From contig NW_003526943.1 of NCBI RefSeq assembly GCF_000181795.1, forward strand, positions 6,193,264 to 6,213,263: DNA of 20,000 nt. The letters are read 5' to 3'. The position numbers and the translations under genes were made by a program. The notes beneath the pieces were generated by a model, which had not been told where the DNA came from, did no database searches, and saw nothing but the letters and a program-made list of their open reading frames with translations. This DNA is from Trichinella spiralis (Eukaryota). This document shows positions 7,701 to 19,643 of the stretch, piece by piece (the stretch's first letter is position 1; each line of letters opens with the position of its first letter).

Positions 7701-10700
7701 CATTCAGATGCATCAGTACAGGAACGTGATCACTGGGAACGCTACCAATCAAAAGTGTACATTTAGCATCCACTTTAAGTGGATGATCTGTTCGAATTGG
7801 CTGACAAGAATAATTTCCAATGAGATCCATATCTAAGGGATGTACATCGGCACTAACTCCATAAAATTGGGCACCTTGAACACTCAACACGGTCACATGC
7901 AACATTTCAGATTCAGGTGCCATGTCATTCATATCCAAAATAACTATTTTGATACTTGTTATAGTTGTTTTAGGTGGTATTCCATTGTCAGCTATGGATA
8001 CAGCAATAATATACTCTTCTTGAAATTCTCTATCTAATGGACGAGTGGTTTTCAAAATTCCAGACTGAGGATCCAAATCAAATGGCAGTTGTTCAGGATG
8101 TAACATTTTGAATTTAAATGGACCTTGATTTACAGAAGAATCCAAATCGTAAGGCAACAATGTAAGAACATGCGTTCCAGCAGGATCATTTTCCATAACA
8201 TAGCCAACTCTGTTCGACTCGTGCAGCTGAGGACCGTTATCATTGACATCTGAAATGTCAATCCTCACCTGACAGGTCGATAACCATTGATCTTCTTCCA
8301 GGCAAACCAACGCCAAAAGTAGTTCATAAACAGACTGGCTTTCATAATCCAGCTCACCTTTGACAGTAATAACTGCACGTCTGTCAACCATAAATGAACT
8401 TTTAGCATTTCCATCTACAATTATTGCTCTACAATAATGCCCCAATGGACCATTTATTATAGGTGCAATAACTTTCGTTCCAATTGCACTGTTCTCTGAA
8501 ATGGTCACATTATAAGCAGTCTGATCAAAACTTGGAAATGTGCCATTGTCTGTTGGCCTAACTGTTAATGTTGCTACGTCAAAGTCGAACGCAGATTTAA
8601 ACTGAGAACGCCTACTCAAAACTGTAACGGCCATTTTTGATGGAATTTGTTTTTTCATGATAACTGCACCGGAGTTTGCATCAACTTCTAAATTACTTTT
8701 CAGTCCACTGATTCCCAAAAAATACTGATAATCATCTGCTTCATGTTGCACTTTTACAAATCCGATCAAGCTTTCCATTGCATGAGAGTGAAATTTGTAC
8801 ACTCGACGGGCAAATGTTGGCTTAAAATTTTCATGAACAGTGCCAATATGCACATAAAGAATCATCTCAGAAAACATCGAAGTGTTTGGATTGATGCAAC
8901 GCACTAATAATGGCATAGTACTTTTGTAATCTTCAATTCTGATTGGAGAAACAAGCACCAGTTGACCACTGAACATATCCAAATAAAATAATTGTTTTTC
9001 ATTTCCTTTCATTATTTTATATTCACACTGGCTGGACGGCATGTTTCCAGAATTTTCTACCGCAAATGTGTACACAGTAAAATTCACTCCACTGCTCGGA
9101 TGAACAAATGCGTCGTCTTTCTGATGTGGAAACGTTGGAATACGGCTGTAACCACGCTGCGTTAAAACCGTCAGTGCAGCATGAGAAGCTTTTGGATGAT
9201 GTGCACAATCAGTAGCTTTGATTTTCAAAACGTAACTGTCGTGATCATCAAGATTGAGTGGTGAAATAAGTTTTACTGCACCACTGTCTGAATCGATTGC
9301 AAAAGGGCATGGAGAAACGTCAACGCAGGCACTTTCATATTGAATCAAACCATTTAGTCCAGAATCATTATCCTGTGCAATAGCAGTGAAGATTGTGGCA
9401 TTTAAGCTTGTATTTTTCAAAATGTTGATTGTGTAGTTGGAGGATAGAAATCGAGGAGAATATCTATTCTCCTCTGTAATGACGATGCCAATTTCAATTT
9501 CGTCTGTAACTGTCTCATGTTCAGCAACTATTTTAACGAAGAATTTCCTATCCAAAGCATCTTTTGCTATAGTAGTGTTTGTCATGATCCATCCTATTAT
9601 AAACAATGAAAATATTATGCATATACCTGAGATAATATTTGCTGATTTATATTATGCTCTTAAATTTAATAAAAAAGAATCGCAGGATATGCATAGAAAT
9701 AAATTAAAAAATAAATATTTGAGCACTTGCAGTACCTCTGTTATGATTAGCTATAATTAATATGCTTTTTAAATCCCTATAATCTTTTACAAACATCATT
9801 ATGTTAGCATTCTAAATTATTAAATCATTATCATTTGCTTGTCTTTTACTAAAACAAATAAACAATATTATTTTAGTAATTCATTAGAACAATTCATAGT
9901 ATGATGAAAAATGAAACTATTTTTTGATTATCATTCTAAATTTATGACTCATTAAAAGATCTTACACAAAAATATTTATATTTCTGCGCATAATTAATTC
10001 ATGTGCTACATAAATATACTATACCAAAGAAATGCTTACCTGTTTTTGGATCGATTTCAAACCAATTTTCTTCTTGCTTCAGTGAATAGCGTATTTCCAT
10101 TAACTTACAATGAGCACATTTGACTTTATTCTGTACTTGATAAATCATAGTTGACGCTGGTGTTCCTACTTGCACAGGAATCATCTTGGATGGCTTCTGC
10201 AGATTTATCAGTTTGGCATCACATGGTAGAACAAAAACGGAAACCGTCGTGATGCTTGACAAAACAGGACGACCAGAATCATGGGCTATTATTTTCAAAT
10301 GATGTATATTCAATTCCGATGTATTATAATAGATGAGTTCTTTATGAGAGTATATAGCACCAGTAACGGAATCAATGGAAAACTGACTCGACTGTGAATA
10401 CATTTTATATGTAATTCTGGAGTTTTCTTGACTATCAGCGTCTGTCGCTTCTAACCGTCCAATTAAAACTGGAATGCTTTTTGTTTCCGGAACGTAAAAA
10501 CTGAAAAAAATACATAAAATATTTTTATCTATCACCTTTACGTAAAGTTTCTTATTTTAATGTCAATATTAGATGATTATGATCAACTTTTAAATTCAAA
10601 ATAAAAAAGAGTTGAGTGCAATGCAATAGAGTATATAATGCAGTACAGTATGATTAAAAGTGGAACATTATTTATAAATATGCTCTAAAAAGTGCATAGA

Positions 10701-13700
10701 AAAAGCATACCTATAACTGTGCTTAGAAAACACTGGCGCATTATCGTTGACGTCATCGACAGTTATTGTTAGTGATGTCATAACTTTCCAAAAGCTATCC
10801 AGAACAGAAACTTTTATCGCATATTCAGATATAGTTTCTCGATCCAAGCTTTTATTTAAAAAAATTCTACCAGTGTCTTTTTCAATTCTGAATGTATTAT
10901 CATCACCATTTTCCAGAATGTAAGTATTGTCCGAGACTTCATCGAGGTCAGCAGCCACAATCTGTGTAATGAACGTATCCAAAGGTGCATCTTCTCTTAC
11001 GTGGGCAGAAAAAAGATGCGTAAACCGAGGTGCGTTGTCATTTTTGTCTTCTAAATTTACAACAACAACTGCATATCCAAATAATGCAGGCTTTCCTTGA
11101 TCTTTCGCAACAACCACAAAATGATATTGTGCTTTTGTTTCTCGATCAAGTGGTACTTTTGTAGTTATAATACCACTGGTTGGGTCAATTTGAAACAAAT
11201 CGCAAACATTACTTTGATTTTTATCAATCGAATATTCAATCAGTCCATTGTTTTCGCTGTCCAGATCTGTAGCTGTCACTTGTGTGACATAAAAAAATTC
11301 AGGCTCTTCTTCAGGAATTGAAACTTCATATATAGATTGGTTGAACACAGGTGAGTTGTCATTTACGTCTTCTACATTTATGTAAAGTTTTAAAAATGAT
11401 ATCATTGGAGGACTGTCATTATCAACGGCTGCAATCCATAATTCGTAATGACAGTGCGTTTCATAGTCAATATTTTCACTTGTGAATAATTCACCGGATT
11501 CAGAATCTATGGTAAATGCTTGTCCAATATTACCAGATGCTATTGAATAGCGAATACGATTGAAAGGAGCCTGTTTGGATGATCTAGCTACAGCTAAGGT
11601 GACGAACGTGTTTCGCTTGTTTTCAGCAATTGAATAAACTTGCTGAAAATCACTCTGAAAGACAGGAAATTCTGACGGCGGTCGAGTAATAAATTGCAAA
11701 CTAAGAAATGATTGCTTTTCTGGAAAACCATGATCTGATACTTCGACAGTTAGTCGGTAACTATTCCAAAACTTCAGATCAGCTTTGGATACTATCACAC
11801 CAGTAGAGACGTTTATAATAAACTTATCTGCATCTTTTCCATTTAAATAAAATTTAAGCAAGCTGTTTTTTCCTTCATCCAAATCGCTTGCATCAACTGC
11901 ATAAACAAAATCACCTATAAAAACATTACATTATTCATACATTGCAACGTACATACATACATTTATACAAATATTTTTATAATAATTAAAGCAAGTTGAT
12001 AGTTTTAACATGAATAATTAATTTGATTAACCAGGAAATGCAATTTGCATATATAATTTTTTTTTCATTTACATAATTTTCATTTTAAATTTAAATTACA
12101 TTTTCAAATTAAAACTTTTTCAATTACCTGACTGAAGTGAATTTTTCACATATATGTTTTCTTGCTGATTATGAAAAATAGGAGCGTTATCATTTTCATC
12201 ATTCACAATTATTTGAATTTCCACTTTTGACGTGTGCTTGTTGTACAAACCGCAGTCTTCTGCTAAAACCCATATATTCCATTGTTTCTGAGTCTCGCGA
12301 TCAAGACTTTCAGTTGTAGAAAGCCAACCAGTTTCTTCATTAATCACGAAAGGTACAGAATTGTCAAACAGTTTATATCTTCAAAAAATATTATTATTAT
12401 TATTATGATATTTTAATGAAAGCTGACTTTTTATTTTCATACTTTACTACACCATTTACTCCAGAATCTTTGTCAATGGCATGAACTTGGACTACTTTGG
12501 TAGAAGGTGGCTGATTTTCACTTAAAAAAGCACGATAATGTGACTGATCAAAAATTGGTGGATTGTCATTTAAATCTATAACATTTATGAAAACGGTTGC
12601 TTTTGATGAAAGCGGTGGAAATCCTAAAACAAATTATTTTTTGCATATTTATGAAATGTAAATAATTTTTTAAAAATACCTGAGTCAATAGCTTGTATTT
12701 CTAAAGTGTAGTTTTCACATTCTTCTCGATCTAAAATGCCTGTCATAAACAGTTCTCCAGAAGCAGAATCTATTTGAAAAATGCTTGTATTCCCTTGCAC
12801 TATTGAATAAAAGATTTGACTATTGTGGGAGTGATCTTTGTCAATGGCTTTTATGCGGCCAATTATTGTAAACTGATTATCCATAGCCGTATTTTCGACG
12901 ACATCAATATAGATTGGATTTTGGATGAATATTGGTGAATTATCATTAACATCTTTCAAACGAATAGTCACCACTAAAGAACTGATATTGCCATCAGATG
13001 GATTGGAATGTAAAGTGCCTTTTCCATAAAGTTTCAAAATGTATACGGGTTTTCGGATATAACTGAGGGGACGAGCAATGGTCAGTTGTCCATTTTGAGA
13101 TAGAAGAAAATCATCACTGTTTTCAGACTGCTGAATCCAAAGCAGTGCACTTTCGCCATGAATATCTTTTTCATATTTTACTTTTACATTCAGTAAAACT
13201 TTTCCAACCGGTTCATTTTCAAAAATCTTAAAAAATCAAATAATGAGACATGTTTGTGTAAAAATAACAGAAATGCATTTACCGTTATTTCAGTAGAATC
13301 AGCTTCAAGAATAAAGTGATTGACTGTAGTGTCAAGAAGAACGACATTCAGATCAGAAGATGTTCTCAGCTGATTTTCACCTTGATCATAAGCCCAAATA
13401 GTTAACTTGTAACTTTTTTTATTGAGCATTGCGTTTACACGAAGAGTTCCATAAACTGGATCTAAACTAAAGTCACCAGCGCTGGAAGAATCTATGAAAT
13501 ATTGTACGTGACCATTTAAGCCTTCATCCGGATCAATGGCTTTAACTGTCATAACTGCAGTGCCAACTGGACTGCCGTCATACAAAATTGCCATGTTCGA
13601 TGATGTAAAAACAGGTGCATTATCATTGATATCAATAAGAATAATTTTTATGGTAGCTGAAGCTGTGAAATGACTTTTTTCTAATGTCACTTCATCGTGA

Positions 13701-16700
13701 GCAATAACTGTAAGATGATGCTCATGACGTGTTTCTCGATCCAAAGCTTTGTTCACATACAATATTCCTTTACGACTAATCCAAAATTGATTCAGTGGGT
13801 CACCAAATAATATTGTGTAATAAAATAAATTTTCTAAAACAATCATTAATTAAATTAAATTAAAAGCATATTCAACTGAACAACTTCATTTTACTTTCTG
13901 AAATTAAAGTTTATTTAATAAAAATTGTAAAGATCTATAAGATTACATAATTTATATATGCAGAAATGCTTAAATATAATAAAATAATGCCTTTTGGCTG
14001 CGCTTCTGTTTTTTTCAATAAAATTACTAAATAATATAAGTAAGTATTTTAGCTAATTAATAATAAATAATATTTAATAGTTATTATTGAGCCACAATAA
14101 AAAATGGGCTAAACGCAAAAAAGTTTAAAATGTTCCACTAATTGATAATAATAATTATTATTAAATATATTTAATCATTTACATTATTAAAAGAATATAA
14201 TATATGCATGTATGAGATTTATTCATACCTTGATCAGAAGCTAAATTGAGTTTTAGAAGCTCACTGTTCACAGAAACGTTTTCCTGAACAGATATAATGT
14301 AACTGGAATCTTTGAACACTGGCAGTCTTTTGTCCTCTTCAAAAACAATGATCACTTGTGCAGTACTTTTTAACGATGGAAAACCATTATCAGTTGCACA
14401 CACTTTGAAATGTATGAGAGGTATCTATGAAGTAAAAGTTATGTTTAAAAAATACAATAATTAAAATAATAAGAGATAGTTTAGGCTTTATAAAATCATC
14501 TTAAACGATAGTACTGAACGTGTTCTTTATTATTTGCACTGCATTCTTAAGCATAATGCATTTTTAAACGTCTAAATTATAATTCAGCACATACCTTGTC
14601 AAAATTCCACGTTGATTTTATTCCTATAAATCCATTAACCGAGTCAAGAGTTAAAACAGATTTCAAGTGTGGTTCAGGAGCTTGAAGATGATATGTTATT
14701 TTTCCATTATTTCCAGCATCGTTGTCAGTCGCTTTAATTATTCCAATTATGTGCTCTTTTTGAACAGATTTCGGTAAATGAAAAATAAATGTCTCATTTT
14801 GAAATACCGGGGCGTTGTCATTCACATCCGTTACAATAACTTCAACCGGCGCAGTTATTACATTTATTCCATCACTGATCTGGACAGTAAAATAATGAAA
14901 AGTCATTTCTTCTCTATCAAGCTTTGAAGTTGTGGTGATTATTCCCAAATTTGGATGAATTGTGAATAGATTTTCCATCTCCAAAATCGAAAACAACAGT
15001 TTTGTATTGCTGTCAACATCTACAGCTTTGATGAATCCAACTTCTGTACCGGGTGGAACATCCTCAGCAATATGGAATTTGTAGAAGTATTCAGACAATT
15101 GCGGAGGAGTGTTGTTTTCATCCGTTATGGTGATATTTACCTGAAAAAACAGATTATATAAAAAGATATTATTTAGAATATTCTTTTCAGTATAATTTTA
15201 TATTCCTAACAATTGTGCTGCTTTAAAAAATAATTATATTTATCAAATTAAATCATGAAATCAATAAAAATATTGTTCTAAGCTAATATTATATATATTT
15301 TTTCCAGTATATACGTACATTTTCGGAACTTGCTTACTCAAAATAGAACACTGCATTGTATATTTATATATGATACGTATATACAAGGTGAAATTATTTC
15401 AGCAGTAATAATAATAATAGCATAAATATATTAAATTACATCTTAATTTTTAAATGGCATATATCAGTTCTTAATATGTTTTTAATGTGAATATTTATTT
15501 CACTGACAATTTGATAGTCCTGTATTTGAAATGTTTAGCTGCTTGGTGCCACTTGTAAATTAATAATTTGTATGTTTTGTTGAATTTCATTACAATTACA
15601 TTTCATAAAGATTCATTTGTAGAATTGATGAATTTTCAGAATAAACGTGACTAAAAAGGACAAGAATGTTCGTTTTTTTTTGGAAAAGGCACTATTGACG
15701 AACGGAAATCTCGATAAAATTTTAGACAATGGGTCGATTAAACAAGACATCTTCTCTAGACAAAACTGAATGATTACTGAACAAATAAGCCAAATCAATC
15801 GCTTTGGGCAGTGTCACGCGACCTTCGGCTACAGTGTTGGCTAGGTGGTCGATGTGCAATGCTCAGATGCAATTGTCCGGCCAGGTCAGTCTGAGTGTTC
15901 AGATTTCATTTGCTTTCGCACGTTCTGGTCATTGTCAACTTGGGCGATGGTCCAAATAGAAAGTCCATTTCTTACAAAACAAATACACGACTCTAAGGAC
16001 ACTGAACTCCATGAGGACAAGGTACCGCAATAGGCCAGCATTGTTCTTATTATCGACTATATTCACATGCGTATAAGCAAATTCAATACTTTCAAACTTG
16101 CCTTCAGTTCACTAACTGAAATACTGTACTGGGTAAACATGAAAATAATTTTTGTTCACAAAAAAATATACAATCTGATGTTGCATTTCTATTTTGCTAC
16201 TCGATGATCCATCAAATCAGGGTAATAATTGATCGAAACTGAAAAAGTACATTTGGTACTAGCACGATAATGACAAAAGCATTGCCTTTTTGTGAAGCAC
16301 CTGTTCTGCATTAAAGACCTTAATATGTCAATTTTAGACAGGAAACGAAGGTAATAATAATCATTGCCACAACAGCGACGAGCAATTTTTGTTCTGAAAC
16401 ATCTGCTGCCAGGGGGGCAATGGCTCTAAACTCAATCATCACATTTATCTACATTGTAATGTGACTCCAATTTTGAATTATTTCACGGAATTTATGTTAA
16501 GACATATTTTTTCATCAGTCAGAAATTGATGCTTCCAAACAACGGATCGTTAAAAGTAGCTTATTGGCAGCGTTCAAATTTGATCCCCAAAGCAGAAGAT
16601 TATCGCCAAAAGTCGAAGAACAATAGCGGCATATTGATGTCGGCAGTTACAAACAGGTGGATCGCGTGGGCGAGCTGTTTTAGCCGGCCAGCTGTACGCT

Positions 16701-19258
16701 GCAAAGCTAACAGAACGTGAACAACATTCACAGAAAACCTTGCAACTATTGTCTAGGCTCAGCAGCCTGTAAAATCATCTCCAAATGGAATCTCGGCTGC
16801 AACTGAAATGGCCCTGCTTGAAGAACCGCGACACGACCTCATCGACAGCTACGTTACAAAAAAAAAGTGGCCGGCTAGCAGAAAAAAAAATATTTGGGCC
16901 AAGTGAAGGATACTGCCGGCGGAGCTTCTAATCATTCACCTAAGCATGGGTCAACCTTGGATATGGTCCCTTTTTTCTGACTCACTCAACCTGATCAAAC
17001 AAGTGGCGCCAAACTACTGGCGACCAAAAATCCATACACTGTTTGATGATCAACTTCCTTTTCACCAACACACTGCTAACACTGTCCGGAAATTATTGGA
17101 ACAACCTGACCTCTGAATAAAATTTCGCCATTGATGAGATCCATTCAAAATCACTGTTGACATGATGGAAAGAATCCTTTTTTTAATACAAAAAATGGGT
17201 CAATACAATAAATGTCCAGCTCAAAAATAAAGCAATCGCATTTATCAATTTTCAATTCTGACACATCAAATGAAAGTCTATTACTCTAATTTGATCATCA
17301 TAAAATTGATCTACCACTATAAAGGTACAACTGAATAATTTATTAACAAAACTTCAAAACACCTATACATTTCATATTTTTATATCATTTTTTAAATAAA
17401 ATATTACTCTATTTAAGATATAATACTAAATAGTGAACTTTTTAAAATAAAACTAAAGAAATATTTTCATGTAAAATACATGAATATATTTATATACATT
17501 CAGTTAGTCTGAAATTCAGGGACAAATGTGAAATTTGCTATGATTTTGTATACACAATCTGAATAGATACGCATGAGAAAAAGTATAGGCTAAAGAAAAT
17601 GCAAACAAGCAGTAACGTTTTTGTTGAAATTATATACATTTATTGCTTGGACAAAACCTTGGAAGCTTCAAACAGATGACCTTGTGTTAGCAAACGAAGA
17701 CTGAACAAAGTACACAGATCAGTGTACTATGAACGATAATTGCAATCATCGAGAATGCTTCTTAAACTTCTCGCTACTGAACACACGCAAACAAAAAGGG
17801 CCTTCCGTTTCTTTAGAAAATAATCAAGAAAATTTTTCCATGAATTAGCTTTCTCAAGGTTAATGCACAAAATAGCATCTTTTTGAAGTATGCTTTAAAT
17901 ATGCTTATGTTTATTGAAAGCCCAAAACAAGTATACTATTCATCAGCTTAAATTGAAAATTGAAGAATAACAATTATTTTACAAATCTTGAATAAATTGA
18001 AATTTAAACTAGACTACATAATAATTAAATTCTTAGAAAAAATCAGATTAAATTAATTCCAGACTCCCTGTCACTCGATGACAAAATTGACGAACAAAAA
18101 GAGCTATACAGACAAGAAAGCCGGAAGCTGTTGCAACACTTCGCCTTTGAATAGAAAGGGCAGTCAGGGTGAAAAGGCCAAATTCAGGACATAAATAACA
18201 GATGCCCGGCCATAGCCTAATTTCATTCTCTCTTTTTACAAAAGAAACTTCCCACATTTCTCTGTAGATTCCGCTCACTAGGACACCAGACAAAATACAT
18301 TAATAAATTGTTCAGATCACATTACTTTTGATTGACGCTTATCAAAAATTCAGCTTACCTTGCAAGTAGCAATTAGTGGCTGGTAATTATTCTGCACCTG
18401 TGTCGAAATTGCTACCACTGTAATGATAAACTGACCAGTTGAATTGAAATTGCAATCCAAATTTCGAGCAATCCACAAAATGCCAGAATTTTGTTCGACG
18501 TCGACGAACAACTCTTGATTTGCTTGATCACCAATTACAAAATACTGCATACCCAAACTGGAGTTCTCATTCTTGAGATGTAGTTTTCCCAACTGGGTTC
18601 CAATGGGTGTTGTTTCAGCAAGTGAAAAATCATAGACTTCTTTTTCAAATTCAAATTCTGATCTTTGTTCTCCATTCCATATCAGATGAATTTCAGCATT
18701 CTCAGTTAAAGGAGATCCAAAAATTGGTTGATCTTCAGCTTTCACTTTGAGAACATAGAAGGGTAAAGGACGAAGTATCGGCTTTTTGACAAATATATCT
18801 CCTTCTTCAGTGAGAGAAAACAGATCAGAATTGTCACTTGAAAGCAGTGACAACGATATATTATTATTAACGTCTGCATCACGAACGGATAACTTTCCTA
18901 CGAATTGCCCAGCTCTGGGTGACAGAGGCAACAAAAATGCATGATAGCTGTAAAATTCAGGTGCTCGATCATTCACATCATTTACCGTGACCGTCACAGT
19001 TTGTCGCGTACTACGCTTCGGGTGTTTTGCATTTTCTGCTTGAACCAGTAGTTTGTATTCATCAAATGTTTCTCGATCTAATGGACCGCAGATAGAAATT
19101 GTCCCTTTTGTATCATCAATCTGAAACTTCACTTCAGGAAACTGATGCAAAATAGTGAAGTGAATTTCATTGTCAACTTCATTATCCATATCCAAAGGGG
19201 ATAGTTTCATAATTTCTGCACCAACTGGAGCATTTTCTTCAACTTCAGTATGTAGAGA
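4702..19258 (-). CDS. FAT4: Giant Fat/FAT4-type protocadherin, 5'-partial: about 20 or more cadherin repeats, 4 EGF, LamG, EGF, LamG, TM, 105-aa cytoplasmic tail
   Basis: Exons in transcription order: 19258-18359, 15140-14595, 14424-14229, 13833-13283, 13226-12680, 12623-12443, 12378-12128, 11914-10711, 10500-10040, 9593-6544, 6488-6391, 6339-6023, 5789-4702. All introns are GT-AG and the frame is intact (9390 nt, 3129 aa plus stop). Cadherin motifs LDRE, DxD and DxNDNxP recur. Two LamG domains, NQGPF and CEISSYGFQELSYIE resemble Fat/FAT4 rather than the single-LamG FAT1-3/Fat-like group. The cadherin call is near certain; FAT4 orthology is inferred. Confidence 0.9.
5020..5091 (-). other. Single transmembrane helix of the Fat cadherin
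   Basis: LLIICITFSICLVLSGIGCYFFLV followed by the basic stop-transfer sequence RRYRK. Confidence 0.85.
6832..7347 (-). other. Four tandem EGF-like domains of the Fat cadherin (first with a long insertion, third Ca-binding type)
   Basis: CxxxxCLNGGxC...CxCxxxYxGxxCE patterns, plus DVDEC...CENTDGSYRCIC in the third repeat. Confidence 0.9.
15141..18358 (-). other. 3,218-nt intron of the Fat cadherin containing GC-richer non-coding blocks
   Basis: Donor TGCAAG|GTAAGC at 18358 and acceptor TTTTCAG|GTA at 15141 join IATCK|VNITITDENNTPP, completing a cadherin repeat. All other introns in the window are under 450 nt. Confidence 0.85.
15796..15875 (+). ncRNA. Pre-miRNA-like long hairpin, antisense to the cadherin intron
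   Basis: A manual fold pairs CAAT/ATTG, GCTT/GATGC, TGGGCA/TGCTCA, TG-CACG/TGTGCA, CGACC/GGTCG and GGCTA/TGGCT around a CAGTGT loop. Its many G-U pairs work only on the + strand. Confidence 0.4.
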
Positions 19259-19268
19259 NNNNNNNNNN
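19259..19268. other. Assembly gap (10 N) interrupting a cadherin exon
   Basis: Run of 10 N. The cadherin frame (SLHTEVEENAPVG...) begins exactly at the gap edge. Confidence 0.99.
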
Positions 19269-19510
19269 TAGCTTTCAAGCTTAACCAAGGAGTGACAACT
19301 ACTAAATTGTTAGCATCTGATGAATTTCTTGATTTTACTGGGAGTGTTCTATTTAAATCTTTCTTGTTTACAATCTAAGAATTTTACTTTAATATTTACA
19401 GTTTCCTTCATTACGAAACAAACATCCATATATATTTTTTATACATGTCGATGAGGTTTGCTGTTTGTATGAAAAATCCTGTTTGACGTTCATACATTTC
19501 ATATAAAATA

Positions 19511-19643
19511 CAGTCGAACTTCATTAAGTGCATAAGATTTTGGCTGAAAAAAATTTCCTGTAGTTAATTAAAGGATAAAATAATGGATAAGTGCATGGAA
19601 ATTCTTTCGAAATTCCATGCTCACTTATAACCAAGTTCAAATG
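19511..19643. mobile_element. Degenerate Tc1/mariner/pogo-superfamily MITE or internally deleted remnant (133 bp)
   Basis: TA|CAGTCGAACTTCATTAAGTGCAT ... CATGCTCACTTATAACCAAGTTCAAATG|TA. The reverse complement of the right end (CATTTGAACTTGGTTATAAGTG) matches the left end at 9 of the first 11 bases, and both share TAAGTG. TA flanks both sides. Confidence 0.5.

Noticed and set aside
4649..9760. Overlapping alternative-frame and antisense ORFs (e.g. 4649-4927, 4933-5175, 5200-5484, 6852-7160, 7473-7766, 9437-9760)
   Set aside because: These are shadows of the cadherin CDS, favoured by the GC-rich last exon. None has a recognisable domain.
15307..15384. 11-bp inverted repeat GTATATACGTA / TACGTATATAC
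   Set aside because: It is low-complexity TA-rich sequence with no target-site duplication, so probably chance.
15613..18293. Short intronic ORFs 15613-15798, 15845-16033, 16526-16720 and 18048-18293 as genes or transposase fragments
   Set aside because: Most have non-ATG starts. None shows DDE, RT or other motifs, and there is no coherent exon chain.
19269..19288. ORF-track start MVKLES for the cadherin exon
   Set aside because: It is an artefact of reading across a placeholder N gap from a TTG codon.
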